Shown piece by piece: positions 14,630 to 24,246 of a stretch of 64,000 bases of DNA (its first letter is position 1; each line of letters opens with the position of its first letter). Origin of the DNA: an uncultured virus (IMG/VR IMGVR_UViG_3300022198_000011) (Duplodnaviria > Heunggongvirae > Uroviricota > Caudoviricetes); IMG/VR virus record IMGVR_UViG_3300022198_000011; one strand, 5' to 3'. The notes below the pieces were generated by a model. That model was not told the origin of the DNA, did not search any database, and worked only from the letters and a program-made list of their open reading frames with translations. The position numbers and the translations under genes were made by a program.

Positions 14630-16046
14630 GGGCATGATGGGTCGTGGCTCGGACACCCGCATCTACGCTCCACGCTCCGAGTCTTCGCACATGTTCCGTG
14701 CAAACCACGAAGACGAGGAAACCCCTACTGGCTTGGAAGATGCTCGTGACAAAGAAGCACGGATGGACCGCAAGCAGAAAAAGCAGGAGCGGGAAGAAAA
14801 GGAGGACCGTCAGATTCGACACATCAAGGTGCGTCGTCATCACATGGGTCTTGGTGACAAACCCGAAGAGGGAATGGAAGAAGAAGAGTCTTTGTTCAAA
14901 CCTCGTGAGTCACCCACTGAACCAACGCAACCTGCTGGTGCCGGTGGATTCTTGACCAGCCTCGCTGCTCAGGCTAAGGGCCCCGGTGCTGCCGGTGGTG
15001 AAATGATTCAGATGAGTGAGTCGATGGCTTACGCTTGGTCTGATATTCTCAAGTTCGACCGTTCGGATGAGTTGTATGAACTTGCTATGGAAGCCATGGC
15101 TTTGGGTTATGCTGATAATTTGGAGGATGCTTACAAAATCGCTGAAGAAGAGGCTGAGTTGACTGCTCGTATGCCTTTACCACCCGAACTCGATGATTCC
15201 ATTCCTGACCCTGAGTTTGACCCCCAGTTCCAACAGAAGAACGCCAGTGAGCCGATGGTCTACGCTTGGTCTGAATTGTTGAAGTCCAAGCGTAAGCAAG
15301 AGAAGCGTCGTAAGACTGAAGAGCGAGCCAAGTGGCGGCCCTCCACTGGTAAGTTCAAGCGTCCTCGTGGCGGCTACACCGGTCGCTCAGGCACCTCGGC
15401 TCGGGCTAAATTGTTGTCTCGCAACCTCCCCATGGGTCGCAAGACGGGGTTGATGCAACCTCACTTGTCAGTTGAGATGTCTCACCGCGGTATCGCCAGT
15501 AAGCAGCCAATGTCCAAGGACCCTCAGGCCTACGGACAGTGGCGAGGCTACCAAGAGCAGCAGAGCATTCGTGGTCAAATTGCTCCTCAAAGCGGAGCGG
15601 CACTGCCCTTTGGGCAGGTTCGGATGCCCAGCGCCCCTCGACCTCGTCTTCATCCTGTTCGTGCTCCCCCAATTCAGCCGCCTAAGATGCGCATGCCTCA
15701 CTTAAACCGACCAAGTATGCCGGGTATGGTGACCATGAGCGAAGACCCTGTGCCTGAAGGTGACCTCCTGAAAGCGGGCACAAATCACTACCTTCTTGCT
15801 GAAGCCCGCACTGCTCTCCGTGAAATGCGACAACTCATGCGTCGCATGAAAGACAAGGATGACAAAAAGAAAAACATGGGTGCGCCTGACACCGCTGGTG
15901 CGGCGTCAACGCTACCAAAATACCCCGGTAACAATCCAAAGCAAACCACTCGTGGTGAAGGAGGGACGGAAGACGAAAACGACCCTCGAACATGGGGACT
16001 TGACCCCATTGGACAACTCGTCGGACGAGGGGGTAACCGAGCATGA
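14622..16046 (+). CDS. Multi-module protein with two internal tags
   Basis: GGAGGTGA SD; ESMAYAWSDILK (15018) and EPMVYAWSELLK (15249); alternating acidic and very basic blocks. Confidence 0.75.
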   Translation: MTEGMMGRGSDTRIYAPRSESSHMFRANHEDEETPTGLEDARDKEARMDRKQKKQEREEKEDRQIRHIKVRRHHMGLGDKPEEGMEEEESLFKPRESPTEPTQPAGAGGFLTSLAAQAKGPGAAGGEMIQMSESMAYAWSDILKFDRSDELYELAMEAMALGYADNLEDAYKIAEEEAELTARMPLPPELDDSIPDPEFDPQFQQKNASEPMVYAWSELLKSKRKQEKRRKTEERAKWRPSTGKFKRPRGGYTGRSGTSARAKLLSRNLPMGRKTGLMQPHLSVEMSHRGIASKQPMSKDPQAYGQWRGYQEQQSIRGQIAPQSGAALPFGQVRMPSAPRPRLHPVRAPPIQPPKMRMPHLNRPSMPGMVTMSEDPVPEGDLLKAGTNHYLLAEARTALREMRQLMRRMKDKDDKKKNMGAPDTAGAASTLPKYPGNNPKQTTRGEGGTEDENDPRTWGLDPIGQLVGRGGNRA

Positions 16047-18382
16047 GGCCCGTGTTCGTGTTGAAGTCAGCGGACATTCTGCTGAAAGGGCACGGTAACT
16101 ACGCTTTTTTCAACGGTGTGCCGCATCTTTTGACGAACCCCCCTCCCGAAGCGATTAACCCGGACCCCGAAGGGCCGGATGTCCCACTTTTTGCTCACTA
16201 CGGTAACTCTCGACCTCACCCTTCCGGTCATGCGGGCATGGGTGAATTGCTTGAGGGTGAGTTTCAACGAGGCAAACACGGGGAGATGACCTATCACACT
16301 GACGGCTTCGACCATCACCACGGGCACGACGGTGTATGGCATCATCTCGGTGAGGCACTTGAGCGAGCCGGTTACGACCCACGCTTGGCTAAGGAACTCC
16401 TACAGCGAGCCATTAACGAATACAATGACACGCATAAGGACCGAAGCGGAGCGCACCATCTACCTGATGTTGACTCCATGGAGTGGCGAAAACTCAAGGC
16501 CACTCCTTACAACGCAAACATGGAACCGACCCGTCGTCCTAACCGTAGCGTTGATGGACATTTTGTTACGACTTTTACCAATCGACCGAACCGAAACGAA
16601 AAGGTCGGTCACTTTGTTGAATCCTATTCGATTCCTTACTGGAAACAACTGGCGGCCATTGTCCGAGAATACGGACTCGACGACATTGCTAACATGGAGT
16701 GGACGACACGAGGCCACATCTCAATCGACGACCTTCATCCAGCCGGTCGGCGTTTGAAAGGTCGCGGTGGAGATGTCATTGGTCAGGGTGGACAACTTCC
16801 TGATTCACACATCACCAACGCTCCCGGCGGTGTCAACTTTAATCCCGCATTTGACTCAGTGCAGTCGTGGTCGGTTGCGCACCACATGCCTGATTTGATG
16901 CACTACAAGTTGGCTTCGCAAAAAACGCCACCGTCTGAAACCATGCGCAGTGCTCGTGGTCATATCAAGGAGGCTTTGAAGCGGGCTGCTGAAAATCCCG
17001 ATATTATCCCTGATGTGCAGGTGCCTATCAACACGGCTCAAACTGCTGGCGGGACCAACTACACGATGCAGCCTCTTAAGACGGTCTTGTCCAATGAAGA
17101 GATGCTGAAAAATCTCCTGAATGAATTGGGCTCAACTTCGGCCCTCACGGCCTTATTCGGTCGACTTAAGTCAGGTGGTCAGAAGCGTCCCAGTTCAGGT
17201 GCTCGTATTTTCAGTCACTTGTTGGATGCGTTCGGTGGCGACCCTGACGAAGAAGGCAAGCGAACTCAGTTTGATAATTTGATGGAGCATGCTCTTCAAG
17301 GTGAGCACATTCCACTTGAGCCTGAGTTCATGTCGGGCACAAAGCATCCGACGAAGAACGGGAGCACACACAAGAACATGGCTCAGATGTATGTCAAGGC
17401 CATGTTGGCTCATCACAATGAATCCCTTCCTCAGTTGAGAGATTACCAGCCGGATGCTCAGACGCTTCAAGCCTTGGGCGTGAGTCACGAGGGTATTAAG
17501 GAAGAGCAAGTCAACGCTCGCCGTCAGGCTATCGAAGGTATCGCCGACATGATGGCTCGTGCGTTTGGGCATGAAGAGCGTCGTGCTGTTCCCGATGAAC
17601 TACCGACGACCGGTCTTGCTGGGCGAACGGTGATGGGTTACCCTGAGGAACTTATCCCGTCCGTCCCTGAGCATGTCCCACTCTTTACTGACTTGTCCAT
17701 GGGAGCAGCATCGGTAGCACCTACAGCCGCACCTCGTCCTGAACCTGCACCTCGTCGTCCTGTGACTGAAGGAGTGGTGGCTCCGCCTGCCGCTACGCCT
17801 CCGATGGCTGCGCCAGCACCAGCACCTGCACCTGAGGCAGCACCTGCACCTGTGGCAGCACCTGCACCTGTGGCCGTTCGCCGCACCGGGGGCATCCCAA
17901 TTGGGCAATTGTCGCCTGAACAGCAGGCTGCCCGTATGGGTGTGGGTCAGGCTGACCCAGCGACCTTGCGTCAATTCATGGAATTGAGCGGCATTGGTCC
18001 AAAGCCCGGCACAGGTGAACTCACTGAGCAAGAGCGACAATTCCAGCAGACTTTTGGTGACCCACGGCAGCGTCTTCTTACAGAATACATGAAAAGTCAG
18101 GACAACATGTTGCCTGAAGCGGACCGGTTGATGAAGGCCATGGAGCAGATGCAGCGCGATGACGCCATGAAGAGTGACCGCGTCATGAAGCACGCTTTGA
18201 CTCGTCCAGTTAACATCGCTGATGAGCACGGTGTCCGCCATCTTGCTAAGCACCTCAATCTCACACCTGTCGATATTCGCTCCATCGCCCATCAAATGGG
18301 TGACTGGGAGCGCATAGCCAAGCGCCTCAACATCTCATCGGATGTGGTCAAGGTTGTCAAAATCAGTGTAGGGGGGATTTGA
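16043..18382 (+). CDS. 779-aa hypothetical protein with a Pro/Ala linker, possible head-internal protein
   Basis: Starts MRPVFVLKSADILLKG; PAPAPA tract; C-terminal HTH-like helices. Confidence 0.7.
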   Translation: MRPVFVLKSADILLKGHGNYAFFNGVPHLLTNPPPEAINPDPEGPDVPLFAHYGNSRPHPSGHAGMGELLEGEFQRGKHGEMTYHTDGFDHHHGHDGVWHHLGEALERAGYDPRLAKELLQRAINEYNDTHKDRSGAHHLPDVDSMEWRKLKATPYNANMEPTRRPNRSVDGHFVTTFTNRPNRNEKVGHFVESYSIPYWKQLAAIVREYGLDDIANMEWTTRGHISIDDLHPAGRRLKGRGGDVIGQGGQLPDSHITNAPGGVNFNPAFDSVQSWSVAHHMPDLMHYKLASQKTPPSETMRSARGHIKEALKRAAENPDIIPDVQVPINTAQTAGGTNYTMQPLKTVLSNEEMLKNLLNELGSTSALTALFGRLKSGGQKRPSSGARIFSHLLDAFGGDPDEEGKRTQFDNLMEHALQGEHIPLEPEFMSGTKHPTKNGSTHKNMAQMYVKAMLAHHNESLPQLRDYQPDAQTLQALGVSHEGIKEEQVNARRQAIEGIADMMARAFGHEERRAVPDELPTTGLAGRTVMGYPEELIPSVPEHVPLFTDLSMGAASVAPTAAPRPEPAPRRPVTEGVVAPPAATPPMAAPAPAPAPEAAPAPVAAPAPVAVRRTGGIPIGQLSPEQQAARMGVGQADPATLRQFMELSGIGPKPGTGELTEQERQFQQTFGDPRQRLLTEYMKSQDNMLPEADRLMKAMEQMQRDDAMKSDRVMKHALTRPVNIADEHGVRHLAKHLNLTPVDIRSIAHQMGDWERIAKRLNISSDVVKVVKISVGGI
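17813..17874 (+). repeat. Coding tandem repeat (GCACCT-based; 18-nt unit duplicated)
   Basis: GGCAGCACCTGCACCTGT x2 plus partial copies, encoding APAPAPEAAPAPVAAPAPV. Confidence 0.8.
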
Positions 18383-19653
18383 TGAGTAAAGTCCTCGTGC
18401 TGAAATCGTTTGAACTCTACGCTGACCCTGCGGGAAACTTGACTCAGCAGCAACTAATTGGCGGCCCTGCTCCGAAAGGGTTGCCGCTGGAAGCGCAGAC
18501 GCAGCGAACGCCCGAAGAAGTCTATGTCGCAAGGCGAGATGCGGCACTCACCGCTCCTAACTTGGAAGGTGCTGCTTCGCCTTCTGAGTTTGAAGACCCT
18601 GACCTCGCCGCTCAGCAGCGGCGGGAACTTGCTGAAATGAAGCGCAAGGTCAAAGCCGGTGAGTTTCGTAGTCATCAAGAGCGCTACGGACATCAGGGCT
18701 TCGCTGGCGTTGTTGAAGGGGGTAGGAGAGGACGACAAGGACCGATGACTGAACAGCAGATAGGTGACGCTCGCACTGCTGGTCAACGGGCAGGTAAGGT
18801 CGGCGTCTTTGGGCGAAGGCTTGGTGCTGGTCTTGCCGGAGCACTCGGTGGCCTCTCGGCTGTCACTGCGCTTGAGCAGGCCGGGGCGTCAGGTGCAGGT
18901 CTTGAACAGGGTCTTGGCTCGGCTGCTATTCGGGGGATGACAACCACCAGTGCTGCTCGCCCTCATCTTGAAAGCGCTGCTGGTGCAGCGGGAGCACGCC
19001 TTGGCGCTGGTTCAGTTGGTGTTCAACGCAGAGCCCAGCAAGGTTTGGAGCGAGGGCGTCAGGCTTTGGAAAACCGTCGTGCAAATCGTGTAGCCGTCGC
19101 TCAGCCCACCGTGGCTCAACCCACACCTGCACCTGTCCCGTCAGGTCCTACTCCCCCTCCTTACGCCGAATACCGAGCCGGTCTTGAGGCTGAGCGAGCC
19201 CGACTGCAAAGGGCTCTTCAATACAACCTGCCCGGCACGCTACGAGGGGCAGAGCAGCGTTTGATTGGTGTTGAACGACTCCTCAACCCAACCACAGCGA
19301 GGCAACCGTTTGACATGCGAGGAGGCGCTTACAACACCGATGTTTTCGAGCCCGTGCCTCAATTTAACCCAGCATCACGAGCGCCCAATGACCCAAATCA
19401 AACACAACTACCCGGTGCACCTGTCACGGCATCGCCAACCACCGCTTCATCGACGGAGCAAAGCAAACTCCCCATACCCCCCAAGACGGCGGAAGGTATG
19501 GCTGCTGCGTTTCCTCAATCAACTGCTGCTGACCCGTCAGATGGAATTGCTGAGCCAACGACTGGTAAAGACGCTGCTGAAGCAGGTGCCGCTCTTGCTG
19601 AAAAGTTCAGTGGGAAGAAGCAAAACATGTCGACAATGGGGGTTGAGGAATGA
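18382..19653 (+). CDS. Gly/Ala-rich hypothetical protein
   Basis: Starts MSKVLVLKS; LGAGLAGALGGLSAV glycine-zipper-like segment. Confidence 0.7.
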   Translation: MSKVLVLKSFELYADPAGNLTQQQLIGGPAPKGLPLEAQTQRTPEEVYVARRDAALTAPNLEGAASPSEFEDPDLAAQQRRELAEMKRKVKAGEFRSHQERYGHQGFAGVVEGGRRGRQGPMTEQQIGDARTAGQRAGKVGVFGRRLGAGLAGALGGLSAVTALEQAGASGAGLEQGLGSAAIRGMTTTSAARPHLESAAGAAGARLGAGSVGVQRRAQQGLERGRQALENRRANRVAVAQPTVAQPTPAPVPSGPTPPPYAEYRAGLEAERARLQRALQYNLPGTLRGAEQRLIGVERLLNPTTARQPFDMRGGAYNTDVFEPVPQFNPASRAPNDPNQTQLPGAPVTASPTTASSTEQSKLPIPPKTAEGMAAAFPQSTAADPSDGIAEPTTGKDAAEAGAALAEKFSGKKQNMSTMGVEE

Positions 19654-21134
19654 GCGACAAGTCTGCTGAGATGCAAGAACTTGTCATCGAGATGGACAAG
19701 AAAATGTCCGCTCGGTCGTTCAAATACTTCTTTGAGACGGTGCTTGAGTTCGACTATGCTAACCACCACGGCATGTGGGACAAGGGATTGGCTGACAACC
19801 GCTACTACTGCGTGAAGGCATCTCGTGACCACGGTAAGTCCGTGTTCTTCATGTCCTACGCCCTGTGGATTGCTGCTTTCAATCCCGGCACGCACATCAT
19901 GATTTTCTCTCACTCGTTGGAGCAGACGCTTGAGCACATGCGTTTCATCCGACAGAACATTCAGAACTCACCGTGTTTGAAGGATTTGATTCCCTCGGGT
20001 AAGCCATGGCGTAAGACCTACTTCGAGTTCACCAACGGTAGCCGTATCATGGCCAAGTCAGTCGGTGGTGGAACTCGTGGTTTCCACCCGGATGTTGTGT
20101 TGTGTGACGACATTCTGTGGGGAACCACTGGGTCTGAACTGCAGCGTGCTGCAGACTGGTTTTACGGTGTTTTGCTTCCTGTTCTCCACCACACGGGTCG
20201 CTTGATGATGGTGGGCACACCGTTCAGTTACAACGACCTGTATGCTCAACTTGAGAAGACGGAGACATTTGTCGTTGAAACCTACCCTGCTATCAACAGG
20301 GAAGGTGTGGCTCTGTGGCCTGAGCGTTGGAACCTTGAAGCACTCGACCAGCGGCGCATGTCGATGCCTGCTATTCAGTTCACTCGTGAGTATCTCTGTG
20401 AACCAATTCACGATGTCGCCAGTATGTTCCCAATGACGCTGCTTGAAAAGGCCCGTGACCATGAACTCAAACTTCTCGATGTCGCTGACGCTGAGTATGA
20501 TGAGAACGGTGAGCGAGTCGGTGTGCTCGGTCATCATTTCATTGGTTGGGACACGGCCATCGCATCGGACAAGAACGCTGACTACACAGCCATAACAGTT
20601 TTACGCACGCTACCTGACGAAGATGTCAAGCAAATCGTGGGCAGTGTGCACGAGCAAGGTATGGGGTCAGCAGCACAGAAGCGAGCCATCATCCTTCTCA
20701 ACAACAAGTTTCAGCCCGACCTCATCGAACTCGAAGGTAACAACTTCCAGCGTATGTTCGCTATGGAACTGCAGGATATTCGCCAAGATATTCCAATCCG
20801 CACTTTCATGACGACTCGCACCCGCAAGGAGAGTTTGTTTATGTCACTCTTGATGGCGTTTGAACAGGGTCAAATTAAGACGCCTTACGGTGACGACCGC
20901 TCTCGTCGTTTTACGCACAAACTCGAAGAGGAATTGACCCGCTTCGGTATGCAGAAGAATGGACGACTCGAAAGCGTAGGTGTGCATGATGACCTCGCCA
21001 TGTCCCTCGCTCTCGCCAACTGGGCGACCAAAGAGTTCCGAGGAAGCGTAGTGATGCTTGATGATTACATGCCCGGATTCGATGATTGGCTCACGGGCGA
21101 ACCAAGAAAAAATGATGGATGGATGATACCATGA
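19650..21134 (+). CDS. terL: Terminase large subunit
   Basis: Walker A ASRDHGKS, Walker B VVLCDD, VGTP, LWPERW, nuclease GWDTA...DYTA and HDDLAMSLALA. Confidence 0.95.
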   Translation: MSDKSAEMQELVIEMDKKMSARSFKYFFETVLEFDYANHHGMWDKGLADNRYYCVKASRDHGKSVFFMSYALWIAAFNPGTHIMIFSHSLEQTLEHMRFIRQNIQNSPCLKDLIPSGKPWRKTYFEFTNGSRIMAKSVGGGTRGFHPDVVLCDDILWGTTGSELQRAADWFYGVLLPVLHHTGRLMMVGTPFSYNDLYAQLEKTETFVVETYPAINREGVALWPERWNLEALDQRRMSMPAIQFTREYLCEPIHDVASMFPMTLLEKARDHELKLLDVADAEYDENGERVGVLGHHFIGWDTAIASDKNADYTAITVLRTLPDEDVKQIVGSVHEQGMGSAAQKRAIILLNNKFQPDLIELEGNNFQRMFAMELQDIRQDIPIRTFMTTRTRKESLFMSLLMAFEQGQIKTPYGDDRSRRFTHKLEEELTRFGMQKNGRLESVGVHDDLAMSLALANWATKEFRGSVVMLDDYMPGFDDWLTGEPRKNDGWMIP

Positions 21135-22552
21135 AGGAAGAAAAAGTTGGAAAGAAAGGCAAGGGCATGGTCCTCGTTATCTCTGTAGGGAAACCCTCAG
21201 ACAAGAATCCTGCAAACGCTGCTGACCCGGACAAGCAAGAAAAGATGGACCAACTTAGCAGCGAACTCTCAAGACGCGGAAAAGTTTTGTCAAATGCAAA
21301 CGCTCGCATGGGCGCTGGGCGACAAGTTAGGAATCAAGTTCGTTACCAACAAGGTGACCTCGACGACCCCAACGCTGAACCTGAAGAAGAAGCCCCAAAA
21401 CTCGCTGATGATGTTTCAATCGGTCACAGTGGGCGACGAGGAAGTAAAGAAGAGGCTGAGGCTTTTGAGAGCGGCAAGCCGTTGATGCAGCGTCTACAAG
21501 AAGAAGAGGACAGAAAGAAGCCTCAAACAGAAGAAGAAGACCTCTACGCCAACATCTTCGACAGTATGAAGCGAGCCAGTTTTGACGCAACCGACCCCTA
21601 CGCTGGTTTTCATGTAGAACCTCCTGCTTCCTCAAGTCCTGCAGATGTAGAGGCTTTTCGTGAAAGAACACGGCAGAAACTGAAAGAGATGAAAGAGCAG
21701 GGATTGATTCATCCTACTGAAAGCAACCCTGCAGGATTACCACCACCCACCCTCGCTCAAGAACGAATGGGAACCTCCCTTACTCCCGCCTTCATATCAA
21801 AAGCCACTCCGGCTGAACTCATGGAAGAAGCACAACGCTTGCGTGAAGCCGGTGAGAAGGGACAGGCTCGTCGTTTCAGCGATGTTGCTTCACAAATGGA
21901 GCGAGGTCCAGCCCTTGCTGAGTCAACCATCAGTCGTCTCGGTATGCAGGCTGCTCAAGCCCTCGACCCTGAAGAGGAAGACCAAGAAGCCTTTGCTCGC
22001 TTCCTTTATGGTGAGGGTAAAGCCGGTGCTGATTATCAAGACATGCGTCTGAATCCAAACTTCTACGACCCCGCCCAGCGTCGTGAGTTCATGCGACTTA
22101 TGTCGCAAATACAGCGACAGAAGAATCGTGCTGACTCTATGGGTGCTGAGGGAGAAGCGCAACTTGCAGCACTACGAGAGGAAGACCCGACTCAGTTCTT
22201 TGCTGACCAAGACATGGTGCAGCGGGCTTATCCTTCACCGGCTGACCTCGCATGGGTGGTTTTGAAAGCGCAAAAGCGTGACCCTCGTCTCGCTCGTGCC
22301 GGTGTGAGTGGATTCAACAAACCCAAGCGAACGCCCAAGCATCCGAAAAAGAGCCATGTTGTCGTGGCTCGGGAAGGTGGGAAGGTCAAAACTATTCGCT
22401 TCGGTCAGCAAGGTGTTTCAGGCTCTCCTAAGAAACAGGGCGAGTCTTCCTCATACCGCAAGCGTCGTGAGTCGTTCAAGGCCCGTCACGCCAAAAACAT
22501 CAACCGTGGAAAATTGAGTGCTGCATACTGGGCTGATAAAGTAAAGTGGTGA
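21131..22552 (+). CDS. Acidic protein with an internal tag followed by a basic C-terminal phage domain
   Basis: PADLAWVVLK at about 22238, then KTIRFGQQG...RRESFKARH...SAAYWA. Confidence 0.72.
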   Translation: MKEEKVGKKGKGMVLVISVGKPSDKNPANAADPDKQEKMDQLSSELSRRGKVLSNANARMGAGRQVRNQVRYQQGDLDDPNAEPEEEAPKLADDVSIGHSGRRGSKEEAEAFESGKPLMQRLQEEEDRKKPQTEEEDLYANIFDSMKRASFDATDPYAGFHVEPPASSSPADVEAFRERTRQKLKEMKEQGLIHPTESNPAGLPPPTLAQERMGTSLTPAFISKATPAELMEEAQRLREAGEKGQARRFSDVASQMERGPALAESTISRLGMQAAQALDPEEEDQEAFARFLYGEGKAGADYQDMRLNPNFYDPAQRREFMRLMSQIQRQKNRADSMGAEGEAQLAALREEDPTQFFADQDMVQRAYPSPADLAWVVLKAQKRDPRLARAGVSGFNKPKRTPKHPKKSHVVVAREGGKVKTIRFGQQGVSGSPKKQGESSSYRKRRESFKARHAKNINRGKLSAAYWADKVKW

Positions 22553-22558
22553 AATCGC

Positions 22559-22720
22559 ATGTCCTCAGCCTTTGACATTGCTTTTGACGACCTTCGCAAG
22601 AAGTTGTGTCCTGAAGGCAAGGCAGCGGCCAAGAGGAAGTTCAAGGTCTACCCGTCAGCCTACGCCAACGGATGGGCCGTGCAATACTGCAAGGGTAAGT
22701 TCAGGGGGAAGAAGAAGTGA
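22559..22720 (+). CDS. 53-aa basic tagged protein (not in ORF track)
   Basis: MSSAFDIAFDDLRKKLCPEGKAAAKRKFKVYPSAYANGWAVQYCKGKFRGKKK*; GGTGA SD; GTGA overlap with the next gene. Confidence 0.75.
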   Translation: MSSAFDIAFDDLRKKLCPEGKAAAKRKFKVYPSAYANGWAVQYCKGKFRGKKK

Positions 22721-23319
22721 ACCCGTTTGATTTTGCGTGGCTTTTATTGAAAGGGGATGTGAGCGCTCGTAGTGTAATCGGGTATCAGCACCTCCCTACT
22801 GAGATGAACTACGATGCAATTTCACAATTCCTTCAAAATAACCCCAATTCTACTCTTGGAGATATGATGACTCCTTATCTTACTGGTCAATTCACTCAGC
22901 CTACTTCAGAAGTGGTCACCGACCCTCGTTCGTATCAAGACGGTAGTCTACCCTTTCCTATGACCGCTCAAGAGGCTGAGTCTTTTACGGGTCAGTTCAA
23001 AACTCCCGATGGTTATGCTTTACCTGAGCGTTACATGGCAGCGGGTCGCGGTGGACCTACAGACCGTCCTTTGTTGATGAATACGCTACGCACACTTCAG
23101 GGAAGGATGCGTCAAATGCCTGAAGCCTTTGCATTTGAGCCTGTAGAAAGTCGTATCAGAGGAGGACAGGAAGACTCTCGCCCTACTGGTAAAATGGGTC
23201 GTCTCGGTGCGAGACTTGAAAATTATATGAACACCCCAATATCAGTGCGTCAGGCGACAATGGACCCTTCTTCTATGATGGGCGCATCTAACACTCAAAT
23301 GGTAGGGGTGACTGCGTGA
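22717..23319 (+). CDS. Tagged hypothetical protein
   Basis: Starts MNPFDFAWLLLK. Confidence 0.72.
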   Translation: MNPFDFAWLLLKGDVSARSVIGYQHLPTEMNYDAISQFLQNNPNSTLGDMMTPYLTGQFTQPTSEVVTDPRSYQDGSLPFPMTAQEAESFTGQFKTPDGYALPERYMAAGRGGPTDRPLLMNTLRTLQGRMRQMPEAFAFEPVESRIRGGQEDSRPTGKMGRLGARLENYMNTPISVRQATMDPSSMMGASNTQMVGVTA

Positions 23320-24224
23320 CCGACCGCTGCACTTGTCACGATGTCCTTGTCATCAAGGATTTGAACCGTTGGTTCAAGGAAAAGTGGGTGGATGTTTCAC
23401 GCAAGGACAAAGACGGCAAGCATCCGCCATGCGGTCGTTCCAAAGCCAACACTTCAAGCAAGGGCTACCCGAAGTGTCGCCCATCCGTCAAGGTCAGCGA
23501 CAAGACACCAAAGACCAGTGGCTCCATGAGCGAAGGGCAAAAGCGTGCGGCGACTAAGCGTAAGCGAGCCAAGAAGCAGGGTGTCGGCGGTAAACCGACG
23601 ATTGTCAAGGCCGACTACCAATACGACATCACCGATGACCGCATCGTGACGGGCGAACCAATGGACATCGCTATGCGGTTGCTCAAGACTCGTATCGCAT
23701 CACCGGATGAAGACCATCCTCAAATTGGCAGAACTGTGTATGACCCCGAAACGAATGAAGTTTTAGATTCATCAGTAAGACTCATGCCGACCAAACATGG
23801 TAGGCATAACGAACCCGAAAACTTCATCCGTGATGTAATACATGAAGATATGCACACAGCAACATTACCCGAAGTAGGTCATAGCAATATCGTCCATGCG
23901 GAGTTCCCTGCATTTTTGGGTGAAGAAGTGTATTCACAAAGATTGGCAGAAGAAGGTAAATCAGAAAGGCGACGAGAACCTTATGATTTAGAAAGAACAA
24001 CTCCTTTCAATCAAGCATTGTATCGTGTGAGCCAACACCCTAATGTTCCCGCTGAAGATAGGGCAAAAGCGAAACAATTGTGGTTTAACACCATACAGAC
24101 AGGTGAACCAATGGACCTCTCTTGGCGACTACTCAAGCGACCAGTCAGTCCCGAGGCCAAGCGAGCCAAGAAGCAAGGTGTTGGCGGTAAGCCGACCGTC
24201 GTGAAGATGGTGGGCGTTAAATAG
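23316..24224 (+). CDS. Basic phage domain plus a tag-bracketed HExxH module
   Basis: LNRWFKEKWVD...CGR...YPKCRP; TGEPMDIAMRLLK; VIHEDMH; TGEPMDLSWRLLK; KRAKKQGVGGKPTxVK twice. Confidence 0.75.
   Translation: MTDRCTCHDVLVIKDLNRWFKEKWVDVSRKDKDGKHPPCGRSKANTSSKGYPKCRPSVKVSDKTPKTSGSMSEGQKRAATKRKRAKKQGVGGKPTIVKADYQYDITDDRIVTGEPMDIAMRLLKTRIASPDEDHPQIGRTVYDPETNEVLDSSVRLMPTKHGRHNEPENFIRDVIHEDMHTATLPEVGHSNIVHAEFPAFLGEEVYSQRLAEEGKSERRREPYDLERTTPFNQALYRVSQHPNVPAEDRAKAKQLWFNTIQTGEPMDLSWRLLKRPVSPEAKRAKKQGVGGKPTVVKMVGVK
23562..24206 (+). repeat. Two pairs of in-frame direct repeats
   Basis: 48-nt repeat at 23562-23609 and 24159-24206; 39-nt tag repeat at 23649-23687 and 24099-24137. Confidence 0.85.
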
Positions 24225-24246
24225 AGGTATCTCGTGAGGTAGAATT

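Noticed and set aside
17813..17874. GCACCT tandem repeat as a regulatory element
   Set aside because: It simply encodes a Pro/Ala linker
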